Source: Lytechinus pictus (taxonomy: Eukaryota). Taken from it: a stretch of DNA of 64,000 nucleotides. The first letter of the stretch is position 1. Every line of letters begins with the position of its first letter. Both the position numbers and the translations under genes were made by a program. The notes under the pieces are model-generated. The model worked only from the letters and a program-made list of their open reading frames with translations. It searched no databases and had not been told where the DNA came from. Shown here one piece after another: positions 13,401 through 25,589 of the stretch. Location: assembly GCF_037042905.1 (NCBI RefSeq), contig NC_087251.1, forward strand, positions 40,860,001-40,924,000, in the 5' to 3' direction.

Positions 13401-13643
13401 GCCAACCTATACGGTATGCACATGCAATATTACCACGGTAAATCATAGACAAGAGATACTATAGCGCAAAGAAAACGTACGGGCGGTTCAGTGTGTAATA
13501 GGAAGGGCGGTCTCTGGCAGTTCAGGGGCTATTTGGATAAACCTTGCTGGAGCAAGATATCGGATGCTTGTGCACAGATTACACACGCGCTAGCATTAAA
13601 ACAAGCATAATCGTCTCTATAGATTTTTTTTCATAAGAAACTT

Positions 13644-14230
13644 TGTCTCGCCCACCAGAGGTAAGGGCGAGACTAAGGGATCCAAATGTTGTCCGTCCGT
13701 CAAAAACATTGACACATAACTTTGCAACAATATGTCACTTTTTAACCAAACTTGGATTGTAGATGTACTTAGGGGACCTGCATATTATGGTGCAATAGCA
13801 GGTCACATGGTAAGGTCAAAAGTCACTTTGAGGATAAACGTTAGTTCAGTTCAATGTTAAAGTTTACGTGCAAGACTCTTATGACACATAACTCCGCAAC
13901 TGTAAGTCACTTTTCACCCAAACTTGGATTGTAGATGTACTTAGGAGCCCTGCATGTTATTTTGCAGTCAGAGGTCACATGGTAAGGTCAAAGGTCATTT
14001 TGAGGTCAATGTTAAAGTTTATGTGCAAGACTCTTATGACACATAACTCCGCAACCATAAGTCACTTTTCACCCAAACTTGGGTTGTAGATGTACTTAGG
14101 GGACCTGCATGTTATGCTGCAGTAGGAGGTCACATGGTTAGCTCAAAGGTCACTTTGAGGTCAACGTTAAAGTTTATGTGCAAGACTCTTATGACAAATG
14201 TTATTCAATCCCAGTTATTTTACAAATCAA
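13644..14230 (+). mobile_element. 3'-truncated Helentron/HINE-like element with (GTCC)n and ~155-bp tandem units
   Basis: 5' hairpin TGTCTCGCCC...GGGCGAGAC, then GTCCGTCCGTC. Units start at 13711, 13883, 14038 and 14193. Confidence 0.75.
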
Positions 14231-15117
14231 CCTTTTTGTTGGACGTATTAATATCAGTTCCTTCATTTATAGTGGTTCCAGATCTGGAATATAAAGCATG
14301 TAATTTCAGGTGACGAGGCAAACTATCACTTTCTCGGCAAGCTGGATGTACTTGCTATCTTTCCTTAGCTTCACCTTGGAAAGATAGCTACATCCAGCTT
14401 GCCTCGTAAGTGATAGTTGGCCCATCACCTTCACCAACAGTGATTATTTGCTTGATATATAGTTATGTAAATTTGTTTAATTCGTTAAATGATCTAAATT
14501 TTATTTGCATTCGATTTTAATTCCTGATGAATTGTCAAACTAAAACAAACTTCAATCACGTTGACCTTGTTTTTGGCTCCTTGTTTTCATTAAAACTAAT
14601 TTTGTTTTCAAAGGAATGGTATCAAGTCTGCATTGTTAGAAAGGAAAAAAAAGAAGTACACAGGGTCTTTAAAAATCTTAGAGAAATTGTTATCTGTTCC
14701 CTTTGATTGATAATACCTCTGCCGCCTGGAAACACCTTTGCACCTCTATTGCAGAGATGTCATCAGAGTTTATAGAAACCAATTCTTTCTTTCTTTCTCT
14801 CTCTCTTTCATTTTATTTTATTTTCCCCCACACTTCATGACTGTTTCATCTATCTCTCCGTCCATCTCTTGTTGTATCATTCCTTGTCTGAGATTCTATG
14901 AGTCAAATCAGTAGGGGGTACATGGACTTGACATATAATTGGGGTGAATGTACTATTGATGATGGTTAGATGGTAATTATTGGAGTCTGCCAATACACAA
15001 TTACAATGTGTTTTCTCAGTAGGTCTGGGAATGCGGCATATGCATCTCACTGAACGTGATGCTATTTTTATAATCTACATGTATCTCTTTCTCTCTCTTT
15101 CTATGTCTTCCCCTTCT

Positions 15118-15470
15118 CACTGGCATACAGATGGGGGGTTGGGGGCCATGGACCCCCCAAAAAAAAAATTATAATAATAATAATAATAAATAATAAATGA
15201 ATAAAAATAGATAATAATAAATAAAATAATAAATGAATGAATAATAAGAAGAATTTTTTTAGTGAATATAATTAATGACGAAGAAAAAAAGTGAAAAGAA
15301 AGGAAAAGGGGTGAAATAGATATTTTCTCCCACTATCATGTCAAAATCTGTCACAAAATTAGAAGTTTGTATTAAAAGGCCAAAAACTTTGTTGGCTCAC
15401 AGCTTTTTAGAAATTTTGCCCCATGCACCATGCCTGGCCTCCTTAAAATTGTTGACTCATTACGCTACTC
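15118..15470 (+). mobile_element. hAT-like MITE (CAGTGGCGTA...TACGCCACTG type) with (AAT)n
   Basis: Ends CACTGGCATA / TACGCTACT. Homologous to 27518-27923 and to the element starting at 63983. Confidence 0.55.
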
Positions 15471-15602
15471 CCCCCCCCCCCCTTCTCTATCTATCCCCCT
15501 TTTTCTTATAAATTACATGTAAATACAATTCAATGAATGTGGTCTTTGAATGATTTCCTAATTCTAAGATTTGTTTTTTCTCCTGTTTTCTCATCCATTC
15601 AG

Positions 15603-15634
15603 GTTCTATTCAAGCACAAGTGATACGTCACTAA
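15603..15634 (+). CDS. Candidate terminal coding exon B of the plus-strand gene, followed by a long 3' UTR-like region
   Basis: Branch-like CTAAT, a long pyrimidine tract and cattcAG| at 15602. A phase-1 join to 4116 gives GSIQAQVIRH*. Downstream AATAAA at ~19349 and ~21212. Confidence 0.4.
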
Positions 15635-16029
15635 CCATGGGCTAGGAGATGAAGAATGTTCATCTCCTTCAGTGTGCATGGGATTACTTCAGTCCCCTGT
15701 CACACCTATCAAACCGACTGCAACCCAGATGATTGTATGTCATTTATTTATTTATTGTTCTTCATTCTGTTTGATGTACCCAGGGTAGTCTCTACAGTAT
15801 GAAACTGCTTTACAAGAGAGCACAATACGGTACATAACAGGAGACTTTTACAACATTACATGACATAGGAAACTAGAGCATTTAGAAAGTATCAATTACA
15901 AAACCAGAAAAAAAAATGGTATTAATGTAATAGATTTGGTCGGTCTGGAGTTGATTTATCCAGTGTGACTATGGCGTCAGAGACACCATTCAGTATATCG
16001 CCAACTGAAATCCCACAATAACATACTTA

Positions 16030-16307
16030 GGGGAGTTGCATGGAACTTGCAATCAATGTCAAGTCTACTTTAGGTTCCCAAATCGATCACAAGTCTGGCA
16101 ATTAATGGCAGTTTTGCACTCTGTGGAAATCCATCAGTGTCATACTTTTTCCTACAGGAAATTTGCAGAATCTCCTTTGTAAACAAAGGAGAGCACATCA
16201 AATTGTTGGGAAATCAATATGGATATACATTCATATCTAGAAAATTTGTTGAACAAACATGCATTTTATAGATTGGATCAATCGCAACTCTTTGTAAGAC
16301 GGGGCCC
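16030..16307. mobile_element. CWG-flanked Harbinger-like MITE, family of 49282-49552
   Basis: Right end GATCAATCGCAACTCTTTGTAAGACGGGGCCC matches the TIR at 49523-49552; the interior is inverted relative to that copy. Confidence 0.6.
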
Positions 16308-16347
16308 TGGTCTGCTTCTTGTAAAAAGAAGTAAAAGTATACATCGT

Positions 16348-16645
16348 GGAGCGTTGTGGCCCAGTGGATTAGTCTCCGGACTTTGAAACGGGGCGTCGTG
16401 GGTTCAAATCCCACCCATCGTGTATTTTTCTTCAGCAAGATATGGATCCATGGTGTTGTGCACTCAACCCAGGTGAGGTAAATCGGTACCTGGCCGGAAT
16501 TCATTCCTTGAAATGCAGGTAACAGCTGCTCTGCTAGTAGGTCCATGGCCAGGGTAATGATGCTGCATTGCTGTGGAGCACTTAGAGACTTCTGATAGAG
16601 TATGTGTTCAGCGCTATATAAGCAAGTATAATTTTTATTAGTATA
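16348..16645 (+). mobile_element. tRNA-derived SINE with CORE-like central domain
   Basis: A box TGGCCCAGTGG and B box GGTTCAAATCC. Conserved CTCAACCCAGGTGAGGTAAAT.GGTACC block and GCGCTATATAA 3' tail. Confidence 0.8.
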
Positions 16646-17062
16646 TTTTTGCTACAGTTGTAGATTTGCAACAGAAATTCGCAATTGATTGCAACACCCC
16701 ATAAGTCTGTAATTATCATTCATTTGAGAAATTTGCCTCTGTACATTTTAAAGAAGATATCACCGGGTCATATGGGGAAGAAGCTTAATTATTTGAAGAA
16801 AGAATTCAATGAATAAAGTAAAGCTGCCATGCGATATATTCTCTGTATTCGACCAATGAATGAGAATGGACATTCTATTCTAGATTCATCACTTAATATG
16901 TTTCATCAGTCATCTCATACTAATCAAAATTTATAAGATGAAAGTTAACAATGATAAAATTACCTTTCTTCCAAAAAATAGTTTTTCATTTGCCAAGATA
17001 TCTTGCTTTGTTTGGAATCTTCCTTTTATATTGTACACTTCATTTTCACTGTTGTTATATAA

Positions 17063-17499
17063 TAGACCAGTTCGTAGTTACTTCATGGACAATTTTGGTC
17101 AAATGACCTTTCATTTCTTTCATTATGATAGGCAGATTTCAAAGCAAGATATTACGTAAGCTTGCCTCACATAGCAGGATGAAGAAATTGAATAGACCAG
17201 GACCAATGAACACTTTATGAAGGTATTTGTTGCATTCCTACTTTGAATGCATATCATAGCATGTTGCACAATGTACTTGGCAAACTGTGAAATACCAGTC
17301 GTTCGTGGACGCGTTGTTGCTTTTTGTGGATGTAAATGAAAACCACAACTCAAAAAAATATATGAATAATCAAGACATCAAAGTTGGTGCTTATCTCATT
17401 AGATTTTAAACCACCATGTCACTTTAGTACAAATAACCTTCCTCTGATCATGCGTAGAATCTTTTGATCATGCGCAGAAAGGAACTACGAACTGGCTTA
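17063..17499. mobile_element. MITE with TAG-starting TIRs (Academ/ISL2EU-like)
   Basis: TAGACCAGTTCGTAGTT / AACTACGAACTGGCTTA. Confidence 0.6.
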
Positions 17500-18791
17500 T
17501 AATGTAACGATCTGAGCCAGCATAAAAAACAGGAATGAGTAGGCCACAGTTCACGATTAGGTGATTACTAGATCAGAAATGTCGCCATACTACTACTTTC
17601 AGCAAGATTATTTATTCTTATTTTACAAATTAGGTGTGACATTTTAATTTGTTTATATGATGTACAAATAGCTATGAACATGTGCCTTCAGAGAGAAAAA
17701 AAAATCTTATTGATAGACTAATACCTTGATTTTATAGTAATTCCAAAGCAATATTTTTATCTCTAATTTTAATGCATTCATCTTCTAGCACCTTTGTGTA
17801 ATTGTTGGAAGAAATCATACCAGGTTGATATGGTCTTCTGGTATACTCTATGTAAATGTGTGTATGTGTGTGTGTGTGTGTATTCCAATTACTCATTTGT
17901 ATTCATTTTTACATTCTATCCCATCAAGGATCCTCCTTGATTGTATCAAAGTTTTCCAGATGGCTTTAAAACTTTAAAATGTGAGTTGATATTGTCAATT
18001 TGTCTATGTGCTGTCAGTATGGTTCTCACTATTTATTTCATAACATCTGTATGATATCTTATTTATCTTTTATATGACTACAGAGGCCTTTTGTTTTATG
18101 TATGATATGAGGTCAAAGTCTTTCTTAGAACTGTAAAAGTTAATTTAGTATTTCAGCAAAAAGCTTGTGTGCAGATCCTGTTCGTGACTTTTTAAATAGA
18201 TTTATTCAGAATATTTTATGATTTTATAATACATTTTCCTCATTCCTCGGTCATTGCACAAAAGTGGCTTCCTCTAGAGTCTTTATTCATCATGAAATTA
18301 ACTAGATTTAACCATTTTGTGATATTAAGACACAAATGTAATGTAACTTGTGAGCTATATTAAATTTCTGTTCAGTACCAACTTCTTTCATATAGTACAG
18401 TATATTAACTGTTTTAAGACAGACATGTGGAAACTACTCATTTACACTTCAAAAGGCCATTAAGACAAAAACACTTTTTTTTTATTTGGAGATCATAGGA
18501 TAGGATCATGGATAAAACACACTTGACTATTAATCATTAAAGTTTCTTCAGTAGAGCATTTGGTCTTAAGGCATCTATTCTGGTTATAGACATTACATTA
18601 TAAATATAATATGCCATGAATACCACACGCTCTGTTGAAATTTTAGCAATTTATTACCAGGGTTGTTTTGTACATCATTCTATCATATTAGTTCCAAATT
18701 TTTAAGATTTGTTTTATCTTGATTGGATTTTTCTTTTTGGAGTGCAATATTTGTAGCACATGGAACTACCTTTTAATCTCAGGAAACTTAC

Positions 18792-19010
18792 CGCCCTTTC
18801 ACAAAGTAAAAACAAATTGTAATTTAAATGATTCCAGTGAAAAATAAGGTTGATGACAATCACGAATTCAAATTCTTCTCCGGAGTATAATTCCAGTTAA
18901 GTTTCATTCAAATTACGGTACAAGTTTCCGTGTGAAAGGTCCGATGATTCTAAAGACGAATTGCAATCATCATTACAATGATGATTCAAGATTCACGTGT
19001 GAAAAGGCCC
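18792..19010. mobile_element. Degenerate Harbinger-like MITE
   Basis: Ends GCCCTTTCACA / TGTGAAAAGGCCC. Confidence 0.45.
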
Positions 19011-19473
19011 TTAGATTTATATGAGTTTATAATGGAGAACTAAGCAAAGATATCATCACTGTGTACTGTGAACTAAAGCTTTTTTGCTTTTACCCTAATT
19101 CCAATCTCATAAAGGAATACAATTAAAATATTAGAAAATGGTAAAGTAAGATAATGATTATTGATGGCTGGTTGACAGGATATTCAATCACAAGAAAAAA
19201 ATGTCACATGAAATACCTTTATAACTTTTTTTTATTGTTTTTATTTGTACATTTTGAAAGGTGTGGTTTGTGTGTTTGTACCAGACAATTGTATCAAATG
19301 ATCATTCCTTGACATGTCAATAGTATAACGTAGATTGGACTATTAGAAAATAAACCTTGAAATGAAATATATTGGTTACAAAATGAAACTTGAGATAATG
19401 GTGTGTTTTATAGCAGTTGTTTAGTTATTGTATGAAAAAAATGAATTGGACACATTTTTTTTTCATTCTTTAA

Positions 19474-19868
19474 AGGGATATTCCAGTAGTTGCAGTAAAC
19501 ACTGATTTCATGAGAAAGTCTGTAAAACCAGGCTTAACTGTCAGTATATAATCGAGGATCTAGATCTGGTACAGTTACATAAACTGAACTTTGTGAAATC
19601 TTGAAATCTGCGCTGAAAACTGTTCAGACTGAACTTTCCCAACACAGATAAGCGCACGTGGGACAGTGTATAATTATTGCTTTGAGCGTCGGGCCCGACG
19701 CTCTACCCGAATCCTGTGCTTATTTGCTGATTTCTCAGCAATTACACAATTTCTTCCAGAATTCTTTGGCACATGCGTTTTATTTATACAAACAGACACT
19801 TTGGTGGTCATTTCATTGGATTCTGTACGAACTCATTTTGATATCGTTACCAAAACTAGCATTTACCT
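19474..19868. mobile_element. Kolobok-like MITE (second family) with TTAA duplication
   Basis: TTAA|AGGGATATTCCAGT ... ACTAGCATTTACCT|TTAA. Perfect 20-bp central palindrome GAGCGTCGGGCCCGACGCTC at 19684-19703. Confidence 0.7.
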
Positions 19869-19881
19869 TTAAAGAGACCTG

Positions 19882-21122
19882 GGGAGCGTTTCATGAAAGG
19901 ACTTGTCGGACGTTTTATCCGACAAGTCCCATTTTATCCGACAGTTACCATGGTAACAGTACCTCTTAGCCAATCAACATCAGAGAAAGATGTCAGATCT
20001 GACAACTTGTCGGATGAAAATGTTGATGAAACACTCCCCAGGGCGCTGTAACACAAAGGTTAGCGATTAATCGCTAAATGAAATGACCAATCAAGATCCT
20101 CGTTGCTTGCGCATTTTGCTAAGCAGACTGACTATGAACCAATCAGAATTGTTCTTTGAAATTAGCGATCAATCGCTAACCTTTGTGTTACGGGACCCAG
20201 GGGTGGTATTCTGGAACAGTGTCATAACTTTTGTCATAAATTTTTTGTCATTTCTCTCCGAGATGTGACAACGCTTTGATCGTAAATTTTGTCATTTCTC
20301 TCCGAGATGTGACACCGCTATGATCGTCACAAATCGGTTTTCTGAACATTGTCTTTTCCCTGTCATATCTCTCTAAGTTCCCGCCCATCTTTTCAGAGGC
20401 AAACCAAACAAAATCACCTTTAGTTCCCAGTGGGAGCCCTTCTAACCAATCATGTGGGGCGTATCGTCAGTACACTAGCTGACATCGCGCAATTGCGCAT
20501 ATATTTTATGCGCTTAATTACAAAAAGAGCTAGGGAGCTGTGAAGGATTTATAGAAGAGAGATAGAAAAAGGGAAAACAGAAAAAATAAGGAATTAATTT
20601 GTAGGGCCTAACTAATTGTTAAATGAAAAAAATATTTGTGAAAATAGTCATGGATCTAAATAATATCATTGTATGCTTGACATTTAGTCAGCAGGATTTC
20701 CAGATATTTGGTACTAAAAGATATGACAAAATTTATGACTGCTAGACCCTGTCATAAGTTTTGTCATATTTTTTGCTTGTTATTGGGATTATGTGCATTT
20801 AAGAACCACATATTTTTGGTGCGTGCTAAAGAGAAGAGACAAGATTTACGACCATTTTTTTTTTACATCCACCAGAATACCGATCCTGTCATGTCTCTGA
20901 GAAAAGACGAAATATGGAGAAAAGACAAATGTTCAGATAAACCCCCCCCCCCCCCAGGGTTCCATAACACAGATGTTAGCAGTTGATTGCAAATATACAA
21001 ATTTCATTCTAATTGGTTCCTAGTCAGTGTTTTGAACAAAAAAATATGTATAAGATAATAGTGATGTTGAATGGTCATTGCCATTAAGCGATTGATTACA
21101 AACATTTGTGTATTATGGAGTC
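19882..21122. mobile_element. Train of four abutting CWG-flanked MITEs (19882-20038, 20042-20197, 20201-~20950, 20958-~21122)
   Basis: Each has its own TIRs, e.g. GGGAGCGTTTCAT/ATGAAACACTCCC and GTAACACAAAGGTTAGCGAT/ATCGCTAACCTTTGTGTTAC. Neighbours are separated only by CAG. Confidence 0.7.
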
Positions 21123-21873
21123 TTGTTGGTTGTTCTATTGGTTTATCTAAATCAGCAATGTGAGATCTTAACTAGGTGGTTATCCAGAGAATATCATTTT
21201 GTACGTGGTTCAATAAAATCATGTAATAATCTGTAAACATTTCTTTTCTAAATTTCTTGTTAAAGATATCGCTTGCTTAGAAATTACTTCCAGAGTAGAT
21301 ATAATCCAGATTCCTTATTACACCAACTGTTTTGTTAAGAAGTAGGAAAATCTACAAGCCACTTCTTTGATTAACTAGCATATTCTATTATAGATGTGTA
21401 CTGTGCATGTTGTCCCCACCCCCTTTGTTTTTTTCTTCCCCCCCCCTTCTCTCTCTCTCTCTTCCATATTCTCATAAAACATTTATGAAAAAAGAAAGGT
21501 CTGGAAATTTTTAATTTTCATAGTACATTGACCGACACGTTAATTTTAATAACAATTTCAAGATGTACATTAATAATAAGAAATATTACATATCAATATC
21601 TATATCCCTATGGGACCATTATCACAAGCAGGAATCACACAACAACATTCGTTCTTTGTATTAAAATTGAATTCATTGAGAAAATATAACAATTTGAGGG
21701 TAAAATGACACACAAGATAGAAGTAACAATATCATAGCAGAAAGTATGAAATTTAAGATGTGTTCAATTTTATGGTACATAACTTTATAGGGGAAAAAAG
21801 TAAATTTTGAGCACCGTATAAAATGAGCAGTGGAAGGCTTTCCTTTCTACAGATATGCTTTTATTAAAATCAA

Positions 21874-22008
21874 GGGAGAGTATCGTGAAAAGAATTGTTG
21901 GATGTTTTATCCGACAGTTACCACAGTAACGCTGCTTCTTAGCCAATCAACATCAAGGAAAGTTGTCAGATCGGACAACTTGGACAAAAATGTTGATGAA
22001 ACACTCCC
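21874..22008 (+). mobile_element. MITE copy of the 19882-20038 family
   Basis: Shares TTTTATCCGACAGTTACCA...AGCCAATCAACATCA...GTTGATGAAACACTCCC. Confidence 0.7.
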
Positions 22009-22352
22009 TGGGGTGTATTCTAAAAATGATTTTAAAAATCTGAATTTTTACCAAGATCAGTAGTTGAATACAGAAATACTTTTTGGTCAGAACAAAATAT
22101 ATGCCATTTTATTTGCTTTTTTGATAAATAATGTATAGGGTAAGACGGCTTCTCAAAACTCAATCAAGAGACTACACACTGAGTTTGCGCTATAATAAAA
22201 ATCCACTTTTATATAGCGAATACATCTGAACAATTGTTTGTGTTTAAGTGCTTTCTCTAAACATTCACCAATTTCAGCAAGAGAATTATTAACCCCCAAA
22301 TTCCAATTAGCATTTTAAGACAGATTTGTGCACACCCAATCACATATTAGCC

Positions 22353-22635
22353 TAATAATAATAACGGTATATTTACCAAGGGTAGCCACTTCAGTTCCAA
22401 AAACTGTTCTCCCAGCGGGCCCTGCTATTATGATTACCCGGCTAAGCTAGGCTACCTATGCAGGTGCACACAGCTTTTTGAGGAATTACTTCCTGCCGGT
22501 ACCCATTCACCTCACCTGGGTCGAGTGCAGCACACTGGATGAATTTCTTGCTGAAGGAAATTACGCCATGGCTGGTATTTGAACCCACTCTCTGTTTCCA
22601 AGTTTGGAGACTAATCCACCAGGCCACGACGCTCC
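22353..22635 (-). mobile_element. tRNA-derived SINE with the same head and central domain as 16348 but a different tail
   Basis: Reverse complement reads GGAGCGTCGTGGCCTGGTGG...GGTTCAAATACC...CTCGACCCAGGTGAGGTGAATGGGTACC and ends in (TTA)n. Confidence 0.8.
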
Positions 22636-24407
22636 ACATATGATTTAATAGTACCTTTTGAAAGTTAACTAGACAGGAACCACATAAGAAATGTGAAGTG
22701 CATTTATCAAAATGGCCTCTCCATATTTGCCAATGATCAGATGCCTTATATATCAATATATCTCTCATACAATAATTAAACACATTCACAAACATCAATT
22801 GTGAAAAAAAGATTGATAGGATAATTTTATGAGTACCAAGAAGAGAATGTCACCTATCCATATTAGGGAGGAAAAAACTTAGTCTAATGTAAAATCAATA
22901 CAAACAAACCTATATTTTATATAAAGATGACATATTATCAACTTACTAAGCATGCGCTATCAAACGTTAAAAAACTATATCAATTTTTGTATGGAATGAC
23001 TTCAAGATTTTCTTTAAATAGGACTTAGTAGATAAAGAATACATTTTAAAAGAGGTAAAGTGATGGCATCACCTTTTCCTAAATATTTCAAAGAAATTCA
23101 CCGTCATTTCATTTTGCGTGCATTTATCAATAGGAGAGATGACTCTAGTCCATACACCTATATGGATTTTATCACAAAATAGGTTGAATAGACACTCTGA
23201 CAGTTTTAACTATAATGATAGTCATCATTTTCACTATTTTCATTAAATTATCAGTATTGTAAATCAGATAAGATGTTGTTGATTTGAAGAAAGGACAAAA
23301 TAAACCAGAAATATTTGATATTGTGTAGAGGAATATGTGATTATTTTCTTTTTACTTCTATTCACATCATAGGCCTAATTATCATTCCTTTGTTTATTGT
23401 TAAACTCAATTTTTAAAGTAACCCCAAACCAACGCATTCCTTTGAGATTTTCAGTGGCCATGTGTGCCAGTGAAAGACAACTATATTCAACCTCTATGTA
23501 AAGTCATGCGAAATATATATATGATTTTTTTTTCATAAGATTCAAAACACAAACTGTGTCGCGTCTGGTAGCATATAATAATTTAGCGCATCGCTTTTGC
23601 GAAAACGTCGATGAGCTAACAGAAATACACTTTTTGAAAAATGCAGAACTCGTTGCCAGTGTAGTACAGCATTCCTCATCCCATTAATTCCCTCTGAAAT
23701 GTTCATTTTAAATCTCTGAATTTTTATCACTAATTCTGATCTTCCTTCAAATTGAAAAAAAAAGACATTTTACATTTAAAAAAATAAAAATAAAAACAAT
23801 ATAGATGAATAATCTTTACCCCATAATTAATTTAATAACACTGAATAATAATCTTTACCCCATAATTGATTTATATCACTAAATAGACAGCATACAGTTT
23901 TTTTAAAGAGAATATTAAGGCCTTTGAAACAATTGACCATGATCATATTGAGAAGGTCGGCATCTGAAAAGTTTTAATGCAAAGGAATTCCACCGTAAAG
24001 CGTTCAATTTTCACCAAACTATCAAAAAGGCCAATAAAATATACAAAACTTTGAATGCATTTAAACATTAACTCAACTTGTCATAACATATTCACCAGTT
24101 TATGAAGTGCCACAAAACATTCCTTCCATACGATTTGGCAAATAGAATAAGATAAATAGTACAATTTTCAATATAGAAAAGAAAGAAATGATAACGATGT
24201 CGTCATTTGCATATGACGTCACATTCAGCACATCCGGGTTAGTGTCCAATATGATGCACAGTTTAAGCCTGTAGAAAGCACAACATCACAGTCAGGCCAA
24301 AGTAGTACCTCCAAAAAGTTGTTTTTGTTTTAAATAGAGTTTGAATTTACATGGCACCATCTTTCAATGGTCCGTCATGTCCATCTAGGTGTGCGTGGGG
24401 GGGGGGA

Positions 24408-24904
24408 CTAGCTACATCTACAAGATTCTATAATCATGTTATTGAGTTGCCTGATCTCTGGTCTTCCTCTGTTGTAGAATAGGATGGTCAAAGGTCTGAA
24501 GGAGTGAGGGGAACAGCATGGCGAGGGACTAGCATCTGGATTAAGATGTTTGTAAAGCGACAGGACAGACGCATGGGATGTGTCTGCGCTCAGGATGTAC
24601 GGACAAGACCCTGCGCAGAAGTTCGGTGAATAGACGCGAGGCTGACGGATCCAGTTCCACTTCAGGTCACGCCGGAAGTTGATAAGGAGCGGGCGAAGAC
24701 AGCAGTTGGGCGAGTTCTGGTCGCACTGAGAACTGCTGTATGAAGCGCTTCGACGCCGTCTGACGCTGTTGCTTTCGCCTCCCTTTGAGTGGTTAGCTGG
24801 TGCCATGACAACTAACCTAGGATGATTAATACTGGGGAATCCTTCTCCTCTGGGGTTACCATCACCACGTCCATTGTCCATACTTGGAAAGGTTCCTCTT
24901 GGAT
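24408..24904 (-). CDS. TGFB: TGF-beta coding exon 4 (end of prodomain with RGD, furin site, entire mature ligand, stop)
   Basis: Acceptor catgtttcAG|. RGD at 24861-24869 and RRRR at 24750-24761. Mature domain ...C-x6-CCLRPLLINFRRDLKWNWI..P..Y..NFCAGSCPY...PCC...MIIESCRCS* has nine Cys. TAG at 24408-24410. Confidence 0.97.
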
Positions 24905-25380
24905 CTGAAACATGAATCAAAGCTCACTTTAATAAGATTTTATGATACTGCACCTTCAGCAATTGTTTTTTTTTTTTGGTGATTCCGTAAAATATGATGT
25001 TGATGTCCCCTTTGCTGAAGGAATATTCTGCTATATTAGAGGCCATTAAAATTTAGTTAAACAAATTGTCTCTCCGTTGGCTACCAAATTGTGATCAGTC
25101 GGTCCGTGTTCATTTAATCTCTAGCGTATAGATAGGGGGCCATGCCCCCCCCCCCCCCACAAAAAAAAGTTTCACATCTTATCACATGTATCTTAGCTGA
25201 TTTGGATGGCATGTAGTTCAAAGTTCTTTATGTAAAGGGAACACTAAAAAAATGCCACAACTTGGCATCCTACTTACAGAATTACCCATTTATTGTTTTG
25301 ATTCCAATAAATATTCTAGCCAGAGATTTGAATCACGGTTTATTCACAGTTATTGATAAACTACCAGTATCATGACTATA

Positions 25381-25589
25381 CACTCTAAAAACAAATCAGT
25401 CAAAAATGACTAGTTAATAGGGTCAGCTGATGGGTGCAACTGTTATTCTGGTCGTATCTATTTTCTAGTCGTATTTTACTAGAACAGAGTTATTTCTGAC
25501 TAGAATATATGTCAGAAATGTGACTAGACTATCAGTTGCACCCAGCTGACTACTGGTCTAGTCAATTTGACTGATTTGTTTTAAGAGTG
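25381..25589. mobile_element. CAC-terminal MITE in TGF-beta intron 3
   Basis: CACTCTAAAAACAAATCAGTCAAA / TTTGACTGATTTGTTTTAAGAGTG. Confidence 0.7.

Noticed and set aside
12802..13535. TTAA-CCC start suggesting a piggyBac-like element
   Set aside because: No convincing GGG-TTAA right end; left unclassified.
16348..16420. tRNA-like sequences (also 22570-22635 and 56697-56770)
   Set aside because: They continue into SINE bodies and tails and lack a clean cloverleaf, so they are SINE heads rather than tRNA genes.
23795..23875. Short tandem duplication in the TGF-beta 3' UTR (also 20238-20327)
   Set aside because: Ordinary two-copy slippage duplication with no further structure.
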